From Calditrichaceae bacterium (lineage in GTDB: Bacteria; Calditrichota; Calditrichia; Calditrichales; JBFXGD01), in assembly GCA_050178385.1 (NCBI GenBank), contig JBFXGD010000026.1, positions 1 to 29,358 on the forward strand: DNA of 29,358 nt, read 5' to 3'. How positions within the stretch are numbered: position 1 is the stretch's first letter; every line of letters begins with the position of its first letter. Positions 1 to 9,458 of this stretch are shown here, piece by piece. Position numbers and translations under genes: made by a program. The notes beneath the pieces were generated by a model. That model saw only the letters and a list, made by a program, of their open reading frames with translations. It was not told the DNA's origin and ran no database searches.

Positions 1-389
1 TGAGCAAGCTCTTTTAGCAAATTTATAGCGATCTGAGGATAATCATATAGAACAGTTAAAAAATCTTCACTTCGTATAATCAATAATTCGTTATCTTCCA
101 ATGTCAAAGCGTTTGCGCTTCGTGTTTGTCCGTCCAGAATGGACATTTCCCCAAAAAAATCCCCGTCACACAGAATAGACAGTATCACTTCCCTTCCTTC
201 GTCACTGATCCTGGATATTTTTACGCGCCCATTCAGAATAACAAACATGGTTGAGCCCACTTCTTCCTCGATCAGGACCATGTTATCTTTTTTATAATAT
301 TGGCGGACTGCAAATTTTGATATCTGACTTAATTCATCGTCATTAAGTTCGGAGAATAATGGAATTGTCCTCAGTACTGAAAGGTCCAT
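1..389 (-). CDS. CRP/FNR-family cyclic-nucleotide-binding transcriptional regulator (3' end runs off the window; missing from the ORF track)
   Basis: Hand translation from ATG at 389 is open to base 1: MDLSVLRTIPLFSELNDDEL...MFVILNGRVKISRISDEGREVILSIL..GDFFGEMSILDGQTRSANA...YPQIAINLLKELA. This has the cNMP-binding GE...RSA signature followed by the C-helix. AAGGA RBS overlaps the upstream stop codon. The HTH would lie outside the window. Confidence 0.9.
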   Translation of the reverse strand, partial: MDLSVLRTIPLFSELNDDELSQISKFAVRQYYKKDNMVLIEEEVGSTMFVILNGRVKISRISDEGREVILSILCDGDFFGEMSILDGQTRSANALTLEDNELLIIRSEDFLTVLYDYPQIAINLLKELA

Positions 390-398
390 AAGCATCCT

Positions 399-1076
399 TT
401 ACTTTTTGATAATACGGAAATCCAAATCATATTTTTCTTTTATTTCATTTGCAAATTTTAGCGTATCATCTAAATTTTCAAGTCCGTTGATCCATACGCA
501 AAATAATTTTTTATCGTTAATTTCTCTCTCTATAATCTTCGAGTCAATATTTTGCGTACTCAACATATCCATCAACTGTACAGCATTTTCTCTGTAACCA
601 AATGCTCCGACCTGAATAAAAACTTCATCCTTACCGTTTTCTGAAGGTGGCGAACCTGGATCTTTAGAATCCCCTTCCATATCGACATTTGTTACAGGAC
701 TAAATTCGTTGTCCAGTATATATTTTTGATAAGTTTCCGCCGTATTATAGTAACCGCGCGCGAAATAATAATCCATCATTTTGTATGCCGCAAGGTATTT
801 TATCCGGCCTTTTCCATAATCAAATACATATTTATACTCTTTCTGAGCTTCCTCTCCGTTTTCTATAAATACGGCCTTGAAGAATTTGTATTCGGGAGTC
901 TTGGTGTAACTGCCCTCTATCCCCCCAATATTCTCCTTTAACAGATCAAAATCATGCTGTTCGTACAATTCAGTAAGTTGGTTTGTATTCTGTGCGTGCC
1001 CGTCTACAAAGCCTGACAACAATAATATGAAAATGAATATTATTAATCTGAATTCAATTCGCTGCATTTCGGGCAT
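399..1076 (-). CDS. Secreted SPOR-domain protein (helical N-terminal region, C-terminal SPOR peptidoglycan-binding domain)
   Basis: Signal-peptide-like N-terminus ending GHA-Q. C-terminal FIQVGAFGYRENA...L motif is typical of SPOR. The start may be the ATG at 1067; either start overlaps the lapB 3' end. Confidence 0.8.
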   Translation of the reverse strand: MPEMQRIEFRLIIFIFILLLSGFVDGHAQNTNQLTELYEQHDFDLLKENIGGIEGSYTKTPEYKFFKAVFIENGEEAQKEYKYVFDYGKGRIKYLAAYKMMDYYFARGYYNTAETYQKYILDNEFSPVTNVDMEGDSKDPGSPPSENGKDEVFIQVGAFGYRENAVQLMDMLSTQNIDSKIIEREINDKKLFCVWINGLENLDDTLKFANEIKEKYDLDFRIIKK

Positions 1077-2194
1077 TTCCAGAATAATTCATCCGATTTA
1101 TAATCACAATATTGACATGAATACTTGATCGAAGAAGTTGCAAGATATCCATCAATTAACTCCAGCGCCTGCTTAGTTGCATCTTTAAACTGACCATTCT
1201 CAGTCAAAATGCGTACAATTTCGGCTTTTAGTATTTTGTCATCCATATCTTGTTTCAATCCTTCCTGAAGAAGATTCAGGGCTGATTGAAAATCACCTTT
1301 CTTTCTGTAAATACTCGAAAGGGATAATAAAGCCATTAAATTTTCGGGATCGCTTGCCAGAATTGATTCGTACAGTTCTTCGATTTTGCTAAACTGGCCT
1401 TTTTCATACCAGGCTTTTTCAAGTCTTGAAAACAGTATATAGGCTTCTTTGGGCTGCTTTTTACAGTAATCGGTCCATGTTGAAATAGCTTCATCAGGAC
1501 GGTTTTCCTGCATATAAGAATCACCAATATAAAGATACGCAGCCGCACACGAAGGATCTATTTTTATTGCTTCCTTAAAGATAATTCTTGAACTTTTACC
1601 TTCACCTTTGCTTCCGGTTTCCAAGCCTTTCAGGATCTTGTAAACCGCCATCCGGCGCTTGATTTTTTGAGAATCTCCTGATTTGCTGGTCTTCAACAAA
1701 TTGAATGCGCGTTCATAATCATTCCTGCTTTCATAAATTTTGGAAAGATAAGGAAGCACCGTTTCACGATACTGATCATTATTAAGCAGCTTTTGAAGAT
1801 AAGCTTCGGCGCTATCCGGTTTTTTAGAATCCAGATAATCCATCGCCAGACTATACCATACTTTCGGAAGTTCAGCCTGATTTATATCTCCTCTGAGAGT
1901 CAAATCTTTATGAATCCTCACGGCATTTGTAAAAAGACCCTCTTTTCGCAGAATATCACCTAACTTAAGGTACGCGTCTATATTTTCTGTATTATATCGG
2001 ACTGTTTCCTTAAATTTTTCGATTGCCCTGCGATTATCGTTTTCAGCCATATATTTTAAGGCAAGAAGGTAGGAGTCCTTATGAGGCGGAGCATCTTCCT
2101 CTCGTTTCCAATAATAAAAAATATAAATTAAAGCGGCTCCCGCAAGCAGCAGGGTTGTAATAATCCAAAACTGAGCAATAAAGTTCTCACCCAT
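1043..2194 (-). CDS. lapB: Lipopolysaccharide assembly protein B (LapB/YciM)-like TPR protein
   Basis: N-terminal TM helix, multiple TPRs (AYLKLGDILRKEG..AVRIH) and a C-terminal rubredoxin-type YSCQYC...WKCPKC. Lies directly downstream of a LapA-like gene. Confidence 0.85.
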   Translation of the reverse strand: MGENFIAQFWIITTLLLAGAALIYIFYYWKREEDAPPHKDSYLLALKYMAENDNRRAIEKFKETVRYNTENIDAYLKLGDILRKEGLFTNAVRIHKDLTLRGDINQAELPKVWYSLAMDYLDSKKPDSAEAYLQKLLNNDQYRETVLPYLSKIYESRNDYERAFNLLKTSKSGDSQKIKRRMAVYKILKGLETGSKGEGKSSRIIFKEAIKIDPSCAAAYLYIGDSYMQENRPDEAISTWTDYCKKQPKEAYILFSRLEKAWYEKGQFSKIEELYESILASDPENLMALLSLSSIYRKKGDFQSALNLLQEGLKQDMDDKILKAEIVRILTENGQFKDATKQALELIDGYLATSSIKYSCQYCDYKSDELFWKCPKCSELNSD

Positions 2195-2211
2195 ATCAAT
2201 GTCCCGCCATA

Positions 2212-2544
2212 TTAATTATCTTTATCCGGTCCAATTCTTGTATCCGTATCGGGAATCTCATCGATGGAAAGATTACGTAATCCCTCCAGTTCTTTAACAA
2301 GACGTTTATTTTCCTTACGAATACCTGATACCTGTCCTTTGGCTTTGAGCAGCTGAGTTGAAAGCAAAAGCGCGCCCAGGACAACTCCGACAAACACAGA
2401 TATGAATATCACCGTTACCATTGGTACATCCTGATATACAGCATTAAACAGATAAATTGTAACTCTCGCCTGGAGGTTAAGGGTAAAAAACCAGAGGATT
2501 ATTGCACCAAATATGATCCAGAAAAAAATACTGATTACACGCAT
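2212..2544 (-). CDS. lapA: LapA (DUF1049) family membrane protein
   Basis: 110 aa with two TM segments followed by a coiled-coil tail. Upstream of lapB; GAGG RBS. Confidence 0.8.
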   Translation of the reverse strand: MRVISIFFWIIFGAIILWFFTLNLQARVTIYLFNAVYQDVPMVTVIFISVFVGVVLGALLLSTQLLKAKGQVSGIRKENKRLVKELEGLRNLSIDEIPDTDTRIGPDKDN

Positions 2545-2662
2545 GCATGGCCTCGCAAAAAATATTTTGGATTTCGACTTTTCTGAAGTAAACCGAAATT
2601 AGTAAGCCAAAATAAACATTTTTACTTTTAATTACAAGAATTTTGAATACAATAATGAGGCA

Positions 2663-2702
2663 TTGATGATCTAAACATCAAGAGTTGATGATTTTACATA
2701 AA
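2663..2702. promoter_or_regulatory. Tandem imperfect palindromes TTGATG-N7-CATCAA and TTGATG-N6-CATAAA, candidate operator
   Basis: ttgatgatctaaacatcaa-gag-ttgatgattttacataaa in the intergenic region upstream of lapA. Confidence 0.35.
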
Positions 2703-2770
2703 TACTAACTTTATTTACTGGAAATCAAATCGGGTATTATCCTGCGCAGAGATCGCCAAATCTATTTTAA

Positions 2771-2786
2771 TGAGAATTTATTCACA
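2771..2786. promoter_or_regulatory. CRP/Rex-like box TGAGA-N6-TCACA
   Basis: 9/10 match to TGTGA-N6-TCACA, in the intergenic region upstream of the lapA-lapB-SPOR-CRP cluster. Confidence 0.35.
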
Positions 2787-2801
2787 GAATATTAATATCT
2801 G

Positions 2802-3779
2802 TCAGGAATGCATCATCGAATCAAAAACTCCCATGATTTCCGGATCCCAGAGCCCCTGCTGCGTTTCGTCCCGCATGATTCTAAAAGCTTCATCGTGACT
2901 CAGGGCCGCTCTGTAGGTTCTCTTTGTCGTCAAAGCATCATAACAATCCACAATTCCTATTATCCTGGCGTGGATTGGGATATCATTGCCGGCAAGCCCG
3001 TCCGGATATCCGCTTCCGTTAAAACGTTCCTGATGGTAGCGTATGGTCGGTAGAACCGGGCGGAGCGTCTTAAGCGGGGCACAAATTCTTTCACCGATTT
3101 CGGGGTGTTTCTTAATAATATCATATTCGCCGGTCGTAAGAGGTCCGGGTTTTAGCAGAATTGCGTCGCTGATAGCAATTTTTCCGATATCGTGCAGAAT
3201 ACCGCCTCTTCTCAGGATCGTCAGATCCTGCTCGGGCATATGAAGTTTCACACCTAATTTTTCCGCCAGTGTGGACAGCCTTTCGCAATGTCCCTCAGTA
3301 TAACGGTCCTTTGCCTCCACAGTCCTGGCCAGACTAAAGATCACCTGTTCCGCATGTTCCAGTTCATTTATATATTCACGTAGCCTAAGCAGATTATTAA
3401 TTCGGGCTCGTAGTTCAAAAATATTAACCGGTTTTGTAATAAAATCATCCACCCCGGCATTCAGTCCTTTTAACCTGTCCTGCTGTCCGTCCAGCGCCGT
3501 AACCATAATAATGGGTATTAATCTTGTATCCGGACGGCTTTTTATATGTCTCGCAACTTCAAATCCGCTCATACCTGGCATTACTACATCTAAAAGGATC
3601 AGATCCGGATTTATCTTATTTATTTTTTCCAGGGCTTCAGTGCCATTAAATGCTTCACTGATATCATAATTAAGATCTTCCAGAATATGTTCAATGATTT
3701 CAATATTTTCTGCGGAGTCATCCACAATGAGTATTTTCGGTCTTCCAGCCTCTGAAGCTAAGATGTAGTTATCATCCAT
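2802..3779 (-). CDS. Response regulator with HD-GYP c-di-GMP phosphodiesterase domain (RpfG family)
   Basis: Receiver motifs IVDD, LLDVVMP, T and ITKP. HD-GYP motifs EAKD..T.GH, HDIGK, HPEIG, HQERFNGSGYP and D.YDAL...R.YR. Confidence 0.93.
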   Translation of the reverse strand: MDDNYILASEAGRPKILIVDDSAENIEIIEHILEDLNYDISEAFNGTEALEKINKINPDLILLDVVMPGMSGFEVARHIKSRPDTRLIPIIMVTALDGQQDRLKGLNAGVDDFITKPVNIFELRARINNLLRLREYINELEHAEQVIFSLARTVEAKDRYTEGHCERLSTLAEKLGVKLHMPEQDLTILRRGGILHDIGKIAISDAILLKPGPLTTGEYDIIKKHPEIGERICAPLKTLRPVLPTIRYHQERFNGSGYPDGLAGNDIPIHARIIGIVDCYDALTTKRTYRAALSHDEAFRIMRDETQQGLWDPEIMGVFDSMMHS

Positions 3780-3875
3780 AATAATATGTCTTCTAATGTA
3801 TTAAACCCTGGTCTGATTAAAATTATAATTCATTTAACTTACATATCGGAAAAAATACAAAAATATTAACCAAAA

Positions 3876-3927
3876 ATAATTAAAAAAAAGGCAAGAATGA
3901 ATATTCCTGCCTTTTTTTATTAATTAT
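3876..3927. terminator. Rho-independent terminator downstream of korB (symmetrical, potentially bidirectional)
   Basis: aaaaaaaggcaagaat-loop-attcctgccttttttt inverted repeat with A/T tracts on both sides, just after the korB stop. Confidence 0.8.
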
Positions 3928-3943
3928 GATCAGAAACTGACTT

Positions 3944-4981
3944 CTATTTTACTTCAAAAGTACTTCCTGAGTACAACAAAGAATGCAGATCTCCTTCGCC
4001 TTTTTTGTCTTTGACGAACTGAATCTGACGTGTCAGCAGATCATCATAAGTATCGGCTTTGATATCCCTGAATACACCGATCGGCGTCGGATAAGAAGGA
4101 TCATATGTCAGGCTGGCAAGCATAAATTCCATTGCCGCGCGCCCCGCATGTTCATCATGTTTTAGCAAATCTTCCTGAGATTTAAGGTCACTCGTTTTGA
4201 CAGTCTCAAAATTTGTACCCATCCAGTTTAAGGCTTTCTCCGAATCATTCCCGAATACATAAGGCTTTCCATGTTCCATAACCAGAACAGTGTCCTTTTT
4301 TGTCTTAGCGTCCGTCATAGCACTAAAAGTACCGTTGTTAAATATATTACAATTTTGATAGACTTCGACAAAGCTGGTACCTTTATGATTTGCGGCTTTC
4401 ATCAGCATGTCTGCCAGGTGTTTTGGCTCCCTGTCGATCGATCGGGCCACAAAGGTGGCGCCGGCTGCAAGAGCCATCTGAACCGGATTAAACGGATTTT
4501 CCACCGTTCCGTACGGAGAAGATTTTGTAACCTTTCCTTTTTCCGAAGTCGGCGAATATTGTCCTTTGGTGAGACCGTAGATCTGATTATTAAATAAGAT
4601 TACCGTAATATCGATATTTCTTCGGCAGAGATGAATAAAATGATTACCGCCGATACTCAAGGCATCTCCGTCACCAGTGACAACAAATACTTTCAGATCG
4701 GGGTTAGCAAGTTTTAATCCTGATGCCATTACCGGGGCGCGTCCATGAATACTGTGTATGCCATAGGTATTTACGTAGTAAGGGAACCGGCTTGAACAAC
4801 CAATCCCTGAAACAAAAACAAACTTCTCTCTGGGAATCCCAAGTTCAGGCAACACTTTCTTCATTTGTGCCAGAATGGAATAGTCACCACAACCCGGACA
4901 CCAGCGTGTTTCCTGATCGGAAGAAAAATCTTCACGGGTAAGGCCCAGAGGTTTTATATCTTTTGAAAGATTCTCCGACAT
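3944..4981 (-). CDS. korB: 2-oxoacid:ferredoxin oxidoreductase beta subunit
   Basis: RWCPGCGD, SGIGCS, IHGR, TPP-binding GDGD...NN and YGLTKGQ.SPT motifs. TAATG overlap with the alpha subunit. Substrate (2-oxoglutarate versus other 2-oxoacids) is not established. Confidence 0.93.
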   Translation of the reverse strand: MSENLSKDIKPLGLTREDFSSDQETRWCPGCGDYSILAQMKKVLPELGIPREKFVFVSGIGCSSRFPYYVNTYGIHSIHGRAPVMASGLKLANPDLKVFVVTGDGDALSIGGNHFIHLCRRNIDITVILFNNQIYGLTKGQYSPTSEKGKVTKSSPYGTVENPFNPVQMALAAGATFVARSIDREPKHLADMLMKAANHKGTSFVEVYQNCNIFNNGTFSAMTDAKTKKDTVLVMEHGKPYVFGNDSEKALNWMGTNFETVKTSDLKSQEDLLKHDEHAGRAAMEFMLASLTYDPSYPTPIGVFRDIKADTYDDLLTRQIQFVKDKKGEGDLHSLLYSGSTFEVK

Positions 4982-6831
4982 TATTTATTCCCTTTCAGTT
5001 TTGATTCAATTCCTTCAACGATATCCGACGTTTTGAGTGGCAGGCCTCTCATAATATTCAACCCTTGCGCATCCACCAAATATTCCGAGCGAATTAATTT
5101 TACCAACTGTCCCATATTAATTTCGGGAACGAGAATCTGTTTAAAATTCTTTATATATTCGCCCAATTTCTCCGGAAACGGATTAACCCATCGTAGATGA
5201 TACCAGGAAACTTTGTGGCCTTTTTTCTGGATTTCTTCCATAGCTGTAAATATGGAACCATATGTACTGCCCCAGCTGATAACAAGTAAATCACCTTCAG
5301 GCTCACCGAAAATCTCCGGTTCTTCCACGAAGTTACCGACTCGTTTAACCTTTTCAGCTCTTATACTGATCATTTTATGATGGTTATCCGGATCATAGGA
5401 AACATTTCCGGTGCCTTCTTCTTTCTCAAGGCCGCCGATACGATGTTCTAATTCAGGCGTTCCGGGGAGCGCCAGCATTCTGGCCAAAGTCTCCGGATCA
5501 CGTTTGTATGGCATAAAAGTTTTTGGATCTGTCGCGAATTCCATTTTAATTTCAGGAATATCATCAATGTTCGGAATTAACCAGGGCTCTGTACCATTGG
5601 CTATATAACCGTCAGATAAAAGCATAACCGGAACAGTAAATTTAAGAGCAATCTGTGCTGCCTCAAATGCTGCCGCAAAACAATCAGACGGGCTTTCTGC
5701 CGCGATAACCGGTATGGGCGCTTCACCGTTTCTTCCATAAACAGCCTGAAGCAGATCGGCCTGTTCTGTTTTTGTCGGCAGTCCTGTACTCGGCCCTCCG
5801 CGCTGTACATTTATAATAACCAACGGAAGTTCGAGCATCACCGCAAGCCCTATGAACTCTGTTTTAAGGGCTACACCGGGACCGCTTGTAGTCGTAACCG
5901 CCAAGGAACCCGCGAATGCTGCTCCAAGAGCAGACCCGATTCCGGCGATTTCATCTTCAGCCTGAAAAGTTTTTACATCATAGTTACGATATTTTGACAA
6001 TTCATGAAGAATATCACTGGCGGGAGTTATGGGATAACTTCCCAGAAACAGCTCCAAATTGGACTTTTTGGCCGCAGTGATCAATCCAAGCGCAATAGCC
6101 TCATTACCGGTTATATTTCTGTAGGTACCGGGTGTTTTCTTAGCTTTTGATACTGTATATGAAGTTGTGAATATTTCAGTCGACAGAGCGTAGGAATAGC
6201 CTGCGTTTAGCGCCTTGGTGTTGGCGTCAACCAAATCCGGCTTTTTCTTGAATTTAGTATTTATCCAGTTTAGGGTATTATCCATGGATCGTGAAAACAT
6301 CCAGTATGCTATCCCCAAAGCAAAGAAATTTTTACAGCGGTCTTTTTCCTTTACGGTAAGAGAAGAATCCACCAACGCTTCTCTTGTCAGATTTGTGATA
6401 GGAACCTGGAATACCTGAAATCCTTTCAGAGAATCATCTTCAAGAGGATTTGATTTGTACCCGGCAAGTTCCAAATTCCGTCCCTGGAAAGCATCGGTAT
6501 TGACTATAATGATCCCATTGTCTTTTAATTGCTTGAGACTCACCTTCAATGCAGCGGGATTCATTGCAACCAGTACATCAGGGCTATCGCCCGGTGTGTG
6601 AACCTTTGCGCTGCTGAATTGTATCTGAAATCCGGAAACACCAAAAAGTGTACCGGCCGGTGCTCTGATTTCTGCCGGATAATCCGGTAGTGTGATCAGA
6701 TCATTACCTTCAAGTGCTGTTGTGTCTGTGAACTGGCCGCCGGTCAACTGCATCCCATCACCTGAATCACCGGCGAAACGAATAGTCACTCGTTCCAGTT
6801 CCTTGACTTCTTTGGTACTCATACTAGCCAT
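4981..6831 (-). CDS. korA: 2-oxoacid:acceptor oxidoreductase alpha subunit (gamma-alpha fusion)
   Basis: AGDSGDG N-terminal gamma domain, plus YPITP, EDE and QRGGPSTGLPT motifs; 616 aa. Confidence 0.93.
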   Translation of the reverse strand: MASMSTKEVKELERVTIRFAGDSGDGMQLTGGQFTDTTALEGNDLITLPDYPAEIRAPAGTLFGVSGFQIQFSSAKVHTPGDSPDVLVAMNPAALKVSLKQLKDNGIIIVNTDAFQGRNLELAGYKSNPLEDDSLKGFQVFQVPITNLTREALVDSSLTVKEKDRCKNFFALGIAYWMFSRSMDNTLNWINTKFKKKPDLVDANTKALNAGYSYALSTEIFTTSYTVSKAKKTPGTYRNITGNEAIALGLITAAKKSNLELFLGSYPITPASDILHELSKYRNYDVKTFQAEDEIAGIGSALGAAFAGSLAVTTTSGPGVALKTEFIGLAVMLELPLVIINVQRGGPSTGLPTKTEQADLLQAVYGRNGEAPIPVIAAESPSDCFAAAFEAAQIALKFTVPVMLLSDGYIANGTEPWLIPNIDDIPEIKMEFATDPKTFMPYKRDPETLARMLALPGTPELEHRIGGLEKEEGTGNVSYDPDNHHKMISIRAEKVKRVGNFVEEPEIFGEPEGDLLVISWGSTYGSIFTAMEEIQKKGHKVSWYHLRWVNPFPEKLGEYIKNFKQILVPEINMGQLVKLIRSEYLVDAQGLNIMRGLPLKTSDIVEGIESKLKGNK

Positions 6832-6852
6832 CCTATAAAAAATTAAGGGTTA

Positions 6853-6868
6853 TGTGATTTAATTCATT
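6853..6868. promoter_or_regulatory. CRP/Rex-like box TGTGA-N6-TCATT in the korA leader
   Basis: 8/10 match to TGTGA-N6-TCACA, between the putative -10 and the korA start codon. Confidence 0.3.
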
Positions 6869-6886
6869 AAGTTCTACATTTTATTA

Positions 6887-6915
6887 AATTTAACTAACTG
6901 AATTTTATAAAGCAA
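6887..6915 (-). promoter_or_regulatory. Putative sigma70 promoter of korAB
   Basis: Minus strand TTGCTT-N17-TAAATT, 56 nt upstream of the korA ATG. Confidence 0.45.
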
Positions 6916-6948
6916 CTAACAAACCGAAATTTTGACAATTGTCGTACT

Positions 6949-8490
6949 TTACTGCCAAAGCTCTCTGTCAAGACTTCTGTATTGGATGGCTTCACTGATG
7001 TGTTCGGGGAGTATGGAATTACTTCCGGCAAGATCTGCAATGGTGCGTGATACTTTTAAAATACGGTCATATGCCCGCGCAGATAAACCCAGGCGATTTA
7101 TCGCAATTTTCAGTAATTCCTGGCCGCTATCATCAATCCTGCAGTATTTTCTGATTTCTGACGGCTGCATACCGGCATTGCTGAAAATATGTTTCTCGGA
7201 CTGAAAACGGTCAAGCTGAATTTCTCTCGCCGCCTGAACACGATCCCTGATTGCCGCGCTTGATTCACCTTTTCTGTCAGATGAAAGCTCCTTAAAATTA
7301 ACGGCGGGAACATCCACGTGAATATCGATTCGATCAAGAAGCGGCCCGGAAATCCGGGTCAGATATTTTTGAATTTGCGGAGGCGCGCATGAGCATGACC
7401 TTCCCGGATCGCCAAAGTATCCGCAGGGACACGGATTCATCGCCGCCGTGAGCATAAAATTCGCGGGATATGTGAGTGACAGCGCGGCCCTGGAAATCGT
7501 CACACGCCCGTCTTCCATAGGTTGGCGCATTACTTCAAGCACATTTTTTTTGAATTCGGGAAGTTCATCGAGAAACAGGACCCCATGATGGGCAAGACTC
7601 ACCTCACCGGGTCTCGGGTATTTTCCACCGCCGACAAGCGCTGCATCGGAAATTGTGTGATGCGGAGAGCGAAAAGGACGTGTCGCAACAAGCCCGTGAT
7701 CCGGTGGAATCAGACCCGCGACAGAGTGTATTTTTGTAGTCTCAATCGCCTCTTCAAGGGTCATCAGCGGCAGTATCGTCGGAAATCGTTTCGCCAGCAT
7801 TGTTTTTCCAGAACCCGGAGGCCCGATCATAATTATATTGTGACCACCAGCCGCCGCGACTTCCAGTGCTCTTTTCACATGCTCTTGTCCGCGAACATCA
7901 CTAAAATCAAGTTTAGATTTCCGTTCCTGAAGAAATAACTCTCTTATATCCACTTTTATCGGATCAAAAGGAGCCAGATTATTCAGGAAATTTACCACAT
8001 CCACCAAATTACCCATGGCATATATATCGAGTTCGGGACTTCCCATTGCAGCTTCCCTGGCATTTTCTTCCGGTATAATCATGCCTTTAAAGCCCAATTC
8101 CTTTGCCTTTACGGCAATAGAGAGAGAACCGTGAATGGGGCGCAGGCTCCCGTCAAGGGCCAGCTCTCCCAGAATCAAATATTCGCTTATACGATCTACA
8201 GCCAGATCGCCCTGAGCGCTAAGAATCCCTATTGCAATCGGAAGGTCGTATGAAGAACCTTCCTTTTTGATATCTGCCGGAGCCAGATTGATGGTAATCC
8301 GTCTTTGATGTACAAACTTATAACCGGAATTTTTTATCGCCGCCACGACTCTTTCGCGGCTTTCCCGTACCGCATTGTCCGGTAATCCAACAATTCCGAA
8401 ATACGGGACATTCCCCTCCAGGTGAGTCTCAACCTCTACCTGATACGCATTAATACCCATCAGAGCAGCCGAATACACTTTTGAAATCAT
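6949..8490 (-). CDS. comM: YifB/ComM family Mg-chelatase-like AAA+ ATPase
   Basis: Lon-like N-terminal domain ([28 protein letters not shown]), Walker [24 protein letters not shown] and [10 protein letters not shown]. Confidence 0.93.
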   Translation of the reverse strand: MISKVYSAALMGINAYQVEVETHLEGNVPYFGIVGLPDNAVRESRERVVAAIKNSGYKFVHQRRITINLAPADIKKEGSSYDLPIAIGILSAQGDLAVDRISEYLILGELALDGSLRPIHGSLSIAVKAKELGFKGMIIPEENAREAAMGSPELDIYAMGNLVDVVNFLNNLAPFDPIKVDIRELFLQERKSKLDFSDVRGQEHVKRALEVAAAGGHNIIMIGPPGSGKTMLAKRFPTILPLMTLEEAIETTKIHSVAGLIPPDHGLVATRPFRSPHHTISDAALVGGGKYPRPGEVSLAHHGVLFLDELPEFKKNVLEVMRQPMEDGRVTISRAALSLTYPANFMLTAAMNPCPCGYFGDPGRSCSCAPPQIQKYLTRISGPLLDRIDIHVDVPAVNFKELSSDRKGESSAAIRDRVQAAREIQLDRFQSEKHIFSNAGMQPSEIRKYCRIDDSGQELLKIAINRLGLSARAYDRILKVSRTIADLAGSNSILPEHISEAIQYRSLDRELWQ

Positions 8491-8526
8491 TCTTTATCCG
8501 CCTTAATTTTCGTAATCGTTATCAAC

Positions 8527-9450
8527 CTATGTGTTCGATCCCGTAAGATCTGTCACTGCTTCTTTCAGATCAGGAAAATTAAATGTGAATCCCTCTTTCA
8601 ATAATGCTTTTGGCAAAACTTTCTGACCGCTTAGAATCATTTCTTCGGCCATCTCTCCAAACATAATTTTTAAAACAAATGATGGCACCGGCAGCCAGGA
8701 TGGCCGCTTCAATGCGTTCCCGAATATTTTTGTAAACTTTGACATGGTTACAGGATTCGGAGCGGTTAGATTGAATATACCCTTTTGATTTTTTGATTCA
8801 AGCAAAAATATAATCGCTCTTATTTCATCTTCGATGTGAATCCAGGAAAAACCCTGTTTTCCGCTTCCCGGGGGTCCGCCCATAAAGAGCTTAAACGGGA
8901 GCGTCATCTTTTTAATAATCCCGCCGTTTTTCCCGAGAACCACACCCGTACGTATGATGATCCGGCGAATTTGCATATTCTCAAGCTCTTTACTGCTTTC
9001 TTCCCAGCGCTTACAGACATCTGCCAAAAATCCTTCACCCGGATTGGTTTGTTCATCCAAAACAATATCCCGGGATGATCCATAAATACCAATCGCGGAT
9101 GCCTGAATCATAAATTCAGGTTTTTTTTTCGCCTGCCGAGCGGCATTTACTATGATTTCTCCTGCTTCTACCCTGCTCCGCAGAATCCTTTTCTTTCTTT
9201 CCGCGCTCCATCTTCCGGCAGCGATATTTTCCCCGGCAAGATTGATAATTCCGTAATCACCATTCAATTGATCAACCCAGGGAACGATGTCCTTTCCTGC
9301 CCACATCAGACAGGTAATTTCATTTCCCAAAATACGCTGAGCTTTTTCGGGATCACGCGAAAGAGCAATGACTGCATGACCGCTGTCAATCAATCTTTTT
9401 GATAACCGGGATCCAATAAAACCGGTTGCACCGGTGATGATGATTTTCAT
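8527..9450 (-). CDS. TIGR01777 family NAD(P)-dependent epimerase/oxidoreductase (YfcH-like)
   Basis: ITGATGFIG Rossmann motif, INLAGE, SAIG.YG, GFLA.VC..WE and WIHI.D. Confidence 0.92.
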   Translation of the reverse strand: MKIIITGATGFIGSRLSKRLIDSGHAVIALSRDPEKAQRILGNEITCLMWAGKDIVPWVDQLNGDYGIINLAGENIAAGRWSAERKKRILRSRVEAGEIIVNAARQAKKKPEFMIQASAIGIYGSSRDIVLDEQTNPGEGFLADVCKRWEESSKELENMQIRRIIIRTGVVLGKNGGIIKKMTLPFKLFMGGPPGSGKQGFSWIHIEDEIRAIIFLLESKNQKGIFNLTAPNPVTMSKFTKIFGNALKRPSWLPVPSFVLKIMFGEMAEEMILSGQKVLPKALLKEGFTFNFPDLKEAVTDLTGSNT

Positions 9451-9458
9451 TTTTTTTC

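Noticed and set aside
6932..6943. GACAATTGTC palindrome after the comM stop, similar to ACAATTGTCAA at 23371-23381
   Set aside because: Short, AT-rich and overlapping the generic TTGACA hexamer, so it cannot be distinguished from chance.
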